From Litoribrevibacter albus (GTDB lineage: Bacteria; Pseudomonadota; Gammaproteobacteria; Pseudomonadales; Litoribrevibacteraceae), in assembly GCF_030159995.1 (NCBI RefSeq), contig NZ_BSNM01000014.1:421802-445801 (forward strand): 24,000 nucleotides of DNA. Direction: 5' to 3'. A program made the translations under genes and the position numbers. Positions 16,776 to 24,000 of this stretch are shown here, one piece after another. The notes under the pieces are model-generated. The model had not been told where the DNA came from. It did not search any database and was given only the letters and a program-made list of their open reading frames with translations. Position 1 is the first letter of the stretch, and each line of letters begins with the position of its first letter.

Positions 16776-17285
16776 TTAGCCTTTAAGCCAGGATTTGAAC
16801 TCGGGATCAGAATCCTTCATATCTTCGTACAGCCATACCATACGATCCACAAACCAAGCTTTAGGCAACATCACCAGGGCGTTTCCAAGAAGAATCCAGC
16901 CTATTCCATTAATATAAAGCGCATAGATCAGAATTGGCATGCCAACAAACGTTAGAGCCAGTAGGACATTAGCCATTCTGAGATGATGATCAGGAAGCTT
17001 TAGTTGCTTCTTACGCAGATAAATACGCTCTCCAAAGGTCCCTTTTGATGCCCAATTGTTCGTAGTTTTAGGCGCTTTGAACGCTCTTGGGTTATACCAA
17101 ATCCAAAACACCACTAACGACATCGGGATTAAAGCCCCCCATCCTAACCATTCACGCGAGTAAAGCGCAAAAGACAGCAGCGGAAGAATAGTAAAACGAG
17201 AATAGACACTCCATGGGTTTGCATGTCGCGCCCATGTTGCTTCATCCATCGTCATCAACTTTTGAGAAAACTCTAATAAAGCCAT
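16776..17285 (-). CDS. Integral membrane protein of unknown function (possibly DUF6653-like)
   Basis: About 4 TM segments with an N-terminal WARHANPWSVYSRF motif. The start is ambiguous: ATG 17285 is chosen, and TTG 17315 is the track start. Confidence 0.55.
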   Translation of the reverse strand: MALLEFSQKLMTMDEATWARHANPWSVYSRFTILPLLSFALYSREWLGWGALIPMSLVVFWIWYNPRAFKAPKTTNNWASKGTFGERIYLRKKQLKLPDHHLRMANVLLALTFVGMPILIYALYINGIGWILLGNALVMLPKAWFVDRMVWLYEDMKDSDPEFKSWLKG

Positions 17286-17343
17286 AAAAAACCAAACTAT
17301 ATCATTTACTATCAAATAGTTAGATAAAATACTTAATGTGTAA

Positions 17344-18483
17344 TCAAACTTGTTTCCGATATTGAGAGGGCGTACAACCTACCTGTTTTCTGAACGCCGT
17401 ATTAAACGTAGATTTTGAATTGAAGCCTACGTCATAACATATTTTTCCGACAGGTTCGGTCGTGTTTTTCAGTGCGTCTTTCGCGGCTTCAACTCTAAAA
17501 GAATTAATCCACTCATAAAAATTGCACTGGGCACAATAGTTAATCGCTTCGGACGCTTGATGTGTACTCAACTCTGCCCGTTGTGATAACACAGTCAGTG
17601 AGATGTCATTTTCCTGATAAGCGCCGTCCTCTATAAGAGACTTTAATCGATCGAAATAGTGCCAACGAATGTCATTTGCATCCAATTCCTCATTGAATAG
17701 TCGCTCTTCAGAGGGGCTATTTTGTAACGCCTCCTCTTCCTCCTTAATTCTTCTAGGAGCAGCTTTTCGAACCGTTTGAGGAATGTGACTATTACTCAAA
17801 AAAAGATACACAAGGTAAGCAGATACTGGCGCCATAAAAAACACCGCAGAGAAATACCAGCCGAAGACTTCACTCAACAAGATCCTAATGAACAGCAACA
17901 CAGCAACGGCCAGCTGCACCATCTGTAATTGGTCAATCCATTGGTTTAATTTACCTTTTCGATTTGGATACCCAAGTCTACGTTGATACCACCAATAAAA
18001 TAATCCAAGCGTCGCAATGATGGCCAAATATACATTTCCAAAAGGAGCGTAGGATCGCCACAAAGTTTCGTTCTCATAAATAACGGAAGCCATCATTTCT
18101 ATCTTTTCTTCAGACGGCAAACTCCAATAACTGACATCTAAAAGCGCAACAACTATTGCAGGAGAAAAGTGCTTTAACAGATCTAGCTTACTAGCAATGA
18201 TATTTTTTCCTGATAACGCCTGAATGTACCCATACAGACAAAACGGCATCAGAATAACCAGAGGGTCAACCAGTTTAAGAAAAAACGGCCAGCGGTAATG
18301 AAGGTCGTTCGCGTGATAGAGATACTCTAACGACTGAAGCACCACAAGCGACGCCAACCCCACTAGCCAGGCAGTTGTTAATCGGGTATGTGTATGTGTA
18401 ACCAACCAATTCAATGCTGCCAACCACAGAATACCGCTTAGGCAAAGAGCCACCAGGGCTGTTGTACCAACTCCGTAATACAT
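17344..18483 (-). CDS. AraC/XylS-family transcriptional regulator with an N-terminal multi-TM domain
   Basis: 379 aa. About 7 hydrophobic helices in the first 230 aa. C-terminal AraC HTH (LSQRAELSTHQASEAIN...ICYDVGFNSKSTFNTAFRKQVGCTPSQYR). Divergent from the acylase gene. Confidence 0.85.
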   Translation of the reverse strand: MYYGVGTTALVALCLSGILWLAALNWLVTHTHTRLTTAWLVGLASLVVLQSLEYLYHANDLHYRWPFFLKLVDPLVILMPFCLYGYIQALSGKNIIASKLDLLKHFSPAIVVALLDVSYWSLPSEEKIEMMASVIYENETLWRSYAPFGNVYLAIIATLGLFYWWYQRRLGYPNRKGKLNQWIDQLQMVQLAVAVLLFIRILLSEVFGWYFSAVFFMAPVSAYLVYLFLSNSHIPQTVRKAAPRRIKEEEEALQNSPSEERLFNEELDANDIRWHYFDRLKSLIEDGAYQENDISLTVLSQRAELSTHQASEAINYCAQCNFYEWINSFRVEAAKDALKNTTEPVGKICYDVGFNSKSTFNTAFRKQVGCTPSQYRKQV

Positions 18484-18666
18484 TAAAACCTCGTAAAAAC
18501 TTCAATCTCGATGAAAAAAGTTCGACTCGATCGAATCAAACCTTTAACTACTTGATAAATAATTACTTTTTAAACTTTATCGGTTCCATCGAAACAGACG
18601 ACTCAACCGTTATTTCCTCGTTTAATAGTTCACGCTAACAAACAAAAATAAGAAGGAAATAATACA

Positions 18667-21171
18667 ATGCGCACACGTACAGTTATGTGCTTGCTCGGTT
18701 ACAGTCTGTTATTAGGTTGCAGCAACGACGATGGGGATGCAACTACAGATTACCAAGCCACGATTCGATACACAGATCACAATGTGCCCCATATCACCGC
18801 CAAAGATTACAAAGGATTGGGCTACGGAATTGGATACGCTCAAGCTGAAGACAATCTCTGTACTCTCTCTGAACAGATCTTGAAATTAAAGGGGGAAAAA
18901 TCAAAATATCTGGGTGCTGGTGATCAACAATCTAATCTTTTGACCGACTTAGGTTATAAGGGGCTCGATTATCTATCACAAGCCGAAACCCTCTACTCAG
19001 GGCTTAAAGATACCACCAGAGAAGTGATTGAAGGTTATGTCGCAGGTTTCAACCGTTCGTTAACGGAACGAGCATCGCCAACAGACTACCCTAGCCCTTG
19101 TCGTGATGCAGAATGGGTTCAACCCATCACAACAACTGAACTGCTTGCCTATCATCTGGATCTTGCCGGTTTAGCCAGTGCACGAAACTTTCTGAAGGCC
19201 ATGCCTGCAGCGCAACCTCCACAAGCAGTGGCCGCATCATCAAACAATCTAAGTCAAAAAGTCGCGCCAGCTCTACAACTGTCAGTTCAATTGGATGCTC
19301 AAGAAACCTTTACCTCTGAAGGCATCGGCAGTAACGGCTGGGCGCTTGGACAAGATAAAGTGGAGTCAGGTGCAAGCGCACTATTAGCTAATCCGCACTT
19401 TCCTTGGGACGGCGAGCTGAGATTCTATGAACAACATCTGACGATTCCTGGTGAGCTGGATGTAACCGGTGTGGGAATGATCGGTTTACCAGCTGTAGTC
19501 ATCGGCTTCAATAAACACTTGGGTTGGACTCACACAGTTTCCCAATCCAAACGCTTCACCTTATATCAGCTGGAATTAGATCCTACGAACCCTCTTCGTT
19601 ATCGCTACGGTTCTGAATACAGGGACATGACCACGAAAACCGTCAGTGTCGATGTGAAACAAGCCGATGGCAGCGTTCAAGCCATGCCGTATAGCCTTTA
19701 CTTCAGCCATTACGGGCCAATCGTTAATCTCTCTTCACTATCACCGGCACTTGGTTGGAACACGCAAACAGCCATCACGTATCGTGATGCTAACGCAGGC
19801 AACACTCGCATGTTGGCGCAGTGGATGGCAATGGGGAAAGCTGAATCTCGTGATGAATTCTTCGAAGCCTTTAACACGCATCAAGGCATCCCTTGGGTGA
19901 ATACCCTAATGATTGATGAAGATGGCGGTGCCTCTTATCTCGATGGTACTCAGGTTCCTCAACTATCGCCACAAGCAGAGGCCTATTGGGCAGCAGCCTC
20001 ACAATCTCCGCAGTTAGCCCCGATCTGGCAAGACGGTGCAGGCAGTGTACTCCTTCCTGGCATTGAAGAAGTGTATGAGTGGGTGGATACCAATAATGCA
20101 GGCGCACCTGGTTTAGTGCCGTTCAAGAACGCGCCACAAATGACGACCAACGATTACGCCTTTAATGCCAACAGCAGTCATTGGCTCACCAACTTAGCCA
20201 CTCCGCTTGAAGGCTATAGCATGATGTACGGCCCGGAACATACCATTCGCAGCACGCGCACACGTTATAACGCGCAACTGATCACCGGCAATGAAATCTC
20301 TGGCGATGATGGCAAGTTCAGTACCCAAGAACTAAAGAACGTGTTTACTCATAACGGTTCTCTATTTAGTCAGAGCTTCCGAAACGATTTGGTTGCTCGT
20401 TGCACTCAATACCCAACGGTAAATTTGGACGGAGCGCCTTATGGACTTTCAGAAGCCTGTAACGCACTCAGAAGCTGGGATGGCAGTTATAACCTGGACA
20501 GTCGTGGCGCCCATCTAATGCGTGAATTTCTCGCTAACTTCCGAGTTTCTGCACACAGAAGCCTTTCAGACAGTTTGTTTGAAGTGCCATTTGATCCAGA
20601 AAATGCCGCAACGACTCCGTCAGGGTTGGCAAGTATTGATACCAATCAGCCAGAGGAAGATCCTATTTTACAAGCTCTGGCAAAAGCAGCGTCATTGCTA
20701 ACAGAATCTGGCATTGCATTAGATGCACCACTACAAGATGTTCAGTACACCATAAAAGCAGAAGGCTTAGAGCCAATTCCTGTGCCTGGTGGTTATTCCT
20801 ATGAAGGTATGTTCAACATGTCTGAAACAAAAGTACCTTCCAGAAGTACTTCAAACTTTGCCAACGCTCTTACAGGCGCGTTCATAGAAGAGAACTCCCC
20901 TCTGCTTGCATTGGATGAAGATAATGACGGGAACGATGAATATGCTTACCGAATCAATTACGGTTCAAGCATTATTATGGCACTGAGATTTGATGAAGAA
21001 GGCCCACACGCGGAAATGTTCCTAACGTATGGACAGTCGCATGATCCAGAGTCAGAATATTTTATCAACCAAACGAAGAATTACAGTGAATTATCATGGC
21101 GACCTATGATGTTCGATGACTCATCAATTAAAGAACGGACTACTCGAACACAGGTTATTACGGACAGATAA
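18667..21171 (+). CDS. Ntn-hydrolase acylase of the penicillin/aculeacin/AHL acylase family (PvdQ/QuiP-like), predicted lipoprotein
   Basis: 834 aa. Lipobox LLLGCS. The alpha-subunit begins ATIRYTDHNVPHITA. The autoprocessing site is GIG/SNGWALG, with nucleophile Ser222 encoded at 19330-19332. HFPW and YEQHL motifs follow. Confidence 0.9.
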   Translation: MRTRTVMCLLGYSLLLGCSNDDGDATTDYQATIRYTDHNVPHITAKDYKGLGYGIGYAQAEDNLCTLSEQILKLKGEKSKYLGAGDQQSNLLTDLGYKGLDYLSQAETLYSGLKDTTREVIEGYVAGFNRSLTERASPTDYPSPCRDAEWVQPITTTELLAYHLDLAGLASARNFLKAMPAAQPPQAVAASSNNLSQKVAPALQLSVQLDAQETFTSEGIGSNGWALGQDKVESGASALLANPHFPWDGELRFYEQHLTIPGELDVTGVGMIGLPAVVIGFNKHLGWTHTVSQSKRFTLYQLELDPTNPLRYRYGSEYRDMTTKTVSVDVKQADGSVQAMPYSLYFSHYGPIVNLSSLSPALGWNTQTAITYRDANAGNTRMLAQWMAMGKAESRDEFFEAFNTHQGIPWVNTLMIDEDGGASYLDGTQVPQLSPQAEAYWAAASQSPQLAPIWQDGAGSVLLPGIEEVYEWVDTNNAGAPGLVPFKNAPQMTTNDYAFNANSSHWLTNLATPLEGYSMMYGPEHTIRSTRTRYNAQLITGNEISGDDGKFSTQELKNVFTHNGSLFSQSFRNDLVARCTQYPTVNLDGAPYGLSEACNALRSWDGSYNLDSRGAHLMREFLANFRVSAHRSLSDSLFEVPFDPENAATTPSGLASIDTNQPEEDPILQALAKAASLLTESGIALDAPLQDVQYTIKAEGLEPIPVPGGYSYEGMFNMSETKVPSRSTSNFANALTGAFIEENSPLLALDEDNDGNDEYAYRINYGSSIIMALRFDEEGPHAEMFLTYGQSHDPESEYFINQTKNYSELSWRPMMFDDSSIKERTTRTQVITDR

Positions 21172-21190
21172 CAGAACCTTCTACTATGGC

Positions 21191-21215
21191 AGGGCACCCT
21201 TATTGAGGGCGCCCT
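21191..21215. terminator. GC-rich hairpin between convergent genes (probable terminator, no clear T-tract)
   Basis: AGGGCACCCT / AGGGCGCCCT arms (21191-21200 / 21206-21215) pair over 10 positions with one mismatch and a 5-nt loop. Confidence 0.45.
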
Positions 21216-21260
21216 TCAAATTAACCTCATTGATGTGCAATCCACTTTTCTCAGAAGACA

Positions 21261-21800
21261 TTAATTCGCAGAGTCAGACTGAGTTGGTGACTCCTTTACT
21301 TCAACAGGTACCGGTTCAGTAGGTTTATTTGACAGCTTTACAACTGCTTTTTGAAGAATCAAGGAGTTCGGATAAGTAATCAAATCCTCCCCTCTTCGAA
21401 TTAACACATGAAAGAGCGCAATCTCTTCAACTGTACCACTGATGTCATCGTCTTTATCAATAATCTTAATTCGATCTCCGACACGGTAAGGAAACCCGAA
21501 GAAAATAATCAGACTGGCCGTAATATTGCTCAGGATGGACCACTGAGCAAAGAGAGCCACACCTAACACCGCAAAGATAGACGACAAAAAGATAGTGACC
21601 TGAGAATACTCGATTCCCAAGACGGTAAAACCTAAGACCGCATAAAAAACAATAAGCACTAACGTCAGGGTTTTATTGATGTACTTTGTTCGATAGCTAC
21701 TGACCGACTTAGATTGACCAAGACTAATGACGGCTTTATTCAAAAACCGAATCGTTAGAACAGCCGCAACGAGTATTAGCGAAAGAAGTAAAAGCTTCAT
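21261..21800 (-). CDS. Small MscS-family mechanosensitive channel-domain protein
   Basis: 179 aa. 3-4 TM helices followed by the MscS beta-domain motif FPYRVGDRIKI...GTVEEIALFHVLIRRGEDLITYPNS. Confidence 0.8.
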   Translation of the reverse strand: MKLLLLSLILVAAVLTIRFLNKAVISLGQSKSVSSYRTKYINKTLTLVLIVFYAVLGFTVLGIEYSQVTIFLSSIFAVLGVALFAQWSILSNITASLIIFFGFPYRVGDRIKIIDKDDDISGTVEEIALFHVLIRRGEDLITYPNSLILQKAVVKLSNKPTEPVPVEVKESPTQSDSAN

Positions 21801-22297
21801 TTGTCTTTCAGAGCCTCATCAATCATATTTAACTTATCGTGAAGCCGCATGATCTCTAGTTCGAGCTTCAGGTTGATTTCATACGTGGCTTCTTGTTTGA
21901 CCCGATCTTTTGCCGCCTGCCGATTCTGCGACATCATGATAATAGGTGCTTGAAACGCAGCAAGCGTCGACAAGCCCAAATTCAGAAGAATAAATGGGTA
22001 AGGATCAAAGGGCGTTTCAGAGACCAGAAACAACGTATTAATAAGAATCCAGACAAGAATAAATCCGAAAAACAAGCCAATAAAAGCCCAGGACCCACCA
22101 AACTTTGCAACCTTATCTGCGACCCTCTGCCCGAACGTCAGGCTCTCACGAAATGTTTCGTTTGTATTTTCAGAGACCGTTGTATGCTCTGCAATACTTC
22201 CAATAACACGCTTCTCAGCCTCGTCCAAATCTTTAAAAGATTGACCAAGCAAGGCTTTGGCTAGGTTTTCAAAATATTTCTTCACAGATATCTCCAT
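21797..22297 (-). CDS. DUF1003 domain membrane protein
   Basis: 166 aa. FGQRVADKVAKFGGSWAFIGLF...FDPYPFILLNLGLSTLAAFQAPIIMMSQNRQAAKDR is the DUF1003 core. Its stop overlaps the downstream ATG by 4 nt (ATGA). Confidence 0.8.
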   Translation of the reverse strand: MEISVKKYFENLAKALLGQSFKDLDEAEKRVIGSIAEHTTVSENTNETFRESLTFGQRVADKVAKFGGSWAFIGLFFGFILVWILINTLFLVSETPFDPYPFILLNLGLSTLAAFQAPIIMMSQNRQAAKDRVKQEATYEINLKLELEIMRLHDKLNMIDEALKDK

Positions 22298-22722
22298 TGC
22301 ATACTGACAATCATAAACGGCAGTCTATCCCACTCATCCTAAGTGTAAACCTTACTGTTTGTTCCACCTGTATTCCTGATAACACCTCTTAACTGAATTC
22401 AGGCACTCACTATTTTGAATTAACTCTAAACCGTTCACCTAGCAACTTAATCAGCATCACGGTTCATTTAATCTCTACTAATCAGCGCCTGATTTTTTAA
22501 TTCTAAATCATTAGGAACAACCTGACTCATTGCTAAAACATCTCAGAAGTATTAATTCTGAACCAAGTAATCAAACTTTAATAATCACTATTGATCATAA
22601 TCTCAAAAAACAATATTTCTCATCCCAAAACGCACCACCTAGGTGCAACACACAGTTGCAATTAATAATTATTTACACAAAAATGTCGCCTTAGGATATT
22701 TTCATATAAGGATATAACAAAA

Positions 22723-24000
22723 ATGAAATTCACTTTTATCTCGCACGTACTTTCACCAGCGCTACTGGGAAGTCTTATTCTGACTGGATGCGGAGGCGGT
22801 GGTGGCAGTTCTTCCAGTTCACCCAACCCTACCCCAGCAGAACCTGACACCTTTCTCTCATCAATAACCCCTAACGGCAATGCAACGGGTGTAGCACTCG
22901 GCGCAACAGTCAAAGCAGAGTTTTCTAAATCACTACTTGCAAGCTCTATCAATCAACAAAGCTTGACCTTACGGTTAAATGATCAACTTTTGACCACAAA
23001 TCTAACAATTGATGCAACTGGTAAAGCGATTGAGGCAGAGAGCCTTACCGAGATGGGACTACTCTGCGAATACACTGCAACCATCAGTGGGAACGTCAGT
23101 GATCAGGAAGGTAACACATTAGGAAATGATTTTACCTGGCGCTTCACAACACGGGATGGTCAATGGCAAACAGCTCAAACCCTGGATGACCAAGATAATG
23201 TATTTCAGACCTATCTAAATCAGCTAGACCTTTATGATAACGGTGAAGCCTTTGCTCTATGGTCTAACGAAGTTGGTGTATTACAAGGAAATGCCTACTT
23301 CAAGCGCTACGAGAATGGACAATGGCAAGAAAATCCTCAACAGATCAACACCCCGGGAACTGACTTAAATGGGGGTGAAGTTGCCTCGAACAGCCAGGGA
23401 GATATCATCATTGTTTGGCGAGAACAGAATAATTCGGAGTATCAAATTTACGCCCGATATTATGATGCCACCAATGACCAATGGAGCACCGTGGATCAAC
23501 TACCAAGCAGTAATAATGATGTGGATTCACGCTTTGACGTGGCTATTTCAGAAGACGGCATCGCTTATGCCGCCTGGTCACAAGAGAAAACTAACGGCGA
23601 TTTCGATCTATATGTTTCGAAGTATCTTCCGGGACTGGGCTGGCAAGCACCAGATATTGCTCTGACAGAGGCAGAAAATGATGACTATGCCCCTCGCATC
23701 GCCATTGATCAAAACAATGATCTTTTATTAATCTGGATGAACATATCCCCTGACGACCCAACACAAGCCGATATTTATGCTCGTCGCTTTCTTAACGAAA
23801 CTGGTGACTGGCAAGATGTCGTAGCGTTTGACGTTGATGCTTCAAATAATGTCTCTCATTCTCTAACGATGAACGCGAATGGCCAAGCTATTGTTACCTG
23901 GAATCAGGTGGATGACGTGCAATTCTCCGACAGCCTTTATGCCAGATATTTTAATCCGGACGTAGCTGAAAATAGTGGCTGGGGAACAATTCAAACAGTC
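22723..24000 (+). CDS. Large repeat-containing lipoprotein (Ig-like domain plus tandem W/Y-rich blades). The 3' end is outside the window.
   Basis: Not in the ORF track because it has no stop. I translated 426 codons by hand from ATG 22723 with no stop. N-terminus MKFTFISHVLSPALLGSLILTGCGGGGGSSSSS (lipobox LTGC plus G/S linker). An SbsA/Big_5-like segment follows (ITPNGNATGVALGATVKAEFSKSLLASSINQQSLTLR). Then there are at least 5 repeats of the pattern [IL]Y[AV]R[YR][YF]...W[QSG]. Confidence 0.8.
   Translation, partial: MKFTFISHVLSPALLGSLILTGCGGGGGSSSSSPNPTPAEPDTFLSSITPNGNATGVALGATVKAEFSKSLLASSINQQSLTLRLNDQLLTTNLTIDATGKAIEAESLTEMGLLCEYTATISGNVSDQEGNTLGNDFTWRFTTRDGQWQTAQTLDDQDNVFQTYLNQLDLYDNGEAFALWSNEVGVLQGNAYFKRYENGQWQENPQQINTPGTDLNGGEVASNSQGDIIIVWREQNNSEYQIYARYYDATNDQWSTVDQLPSSNNDVDSRFDVAISEDGIAYAAWSQEKTNGDFDLYVSKYLPGLGWQAPDIALTEAENDDYAPRIAIDQNNDLLLIWMNISPDDPTQADIYARRFLNETGDWQDVVAFDVDASNNVSHSLTMNANGQAIVTWNQVDDVQFSDSLYARYFNPDVAENSGWGTIQTV

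Noticed and set aside
22662-22952. 96-aa minus-strand ORF and the 98-aa ORF at 23369-23665
   Set aside because: Both lie inside, antisense to or out of frame with, the 426-codon open lipoprotein frame starting at 22723. That frame has a proper lipobox and internal repeats, whereas these two ORFs are low-complexity or frame-shadow artefacts.
1-24000. CRISPR arrays, tRNA/rRNA genes, and long direct or tandem DNA repeats
   Set aside because: Visual scanning found no spaced identical repeats and no tRNA-like or rRNA-like segments. All long intergenic regions (8928-9130, 13284-13673, 22298-22722) are unique AT-rich sequence.

Overview
This 24 kb window looks like chromosome from a gammaproteobacterium, possibly marine, but that is only a guess from gene content and roughly 45% G+C. 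Most of it is ordinary housekeeping and stress genes. They include a partial MaoC-like dehydratase, ymdB (macrodomain), a TfoX_C protein and an NnrS-like/DUF2249/hemerythrin cluster. They also include mak (ROK kinase), a DUF938 methyltransferase, rmuC, a saccharopine-dehydrogenase-family reductase, ahpC-ahpF and a VOC/glyoxalase protein. The rest are a membrane-anchored AraC regulator divergent from a PvdQ-type Ntn-hydrolase (AHL/penicillin) acylase, a DUF1003/MscS-like pair, and several lipoproteins. One of these lipoproteins is a large repeat protein that runs off the right end and is missing from the ORF track.

The standout is an AT-rich islet at about 11.7-13.35 kb, wedged between the reductase gene and the OxyR-type ahpCF promoter. 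It carries a stand-alone 436-aa reverse transcriptase (YCDD active site) with no partner effector gene, preceded by about 270 nt of structured non-coding leader. On the strand complementary to that leader (first-strand cDNA sense) there is a perfect TATAAT, then AGGAG-8 nt-ATG, then a stop-free frame. A perfect TTGACA lies 97 nt downstream of the TATAAT, which is the wrong order for a promoter. Head-to-tail joining with a 120-nt period would create TTGACA-17 bp-TATAAT, remove the only in-frame stop, and give an endless 40-aa-repeat ORF. This matches the logic reported for DRT2 (UG2) rolling-circle reverse transcription and 'neo' gene synthesis. It is my top candidate, and every mechanistic claim about it is inference from sequence geometry.

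I found no CRISPR arrays, tRNA or rRNA genes, or transposases.
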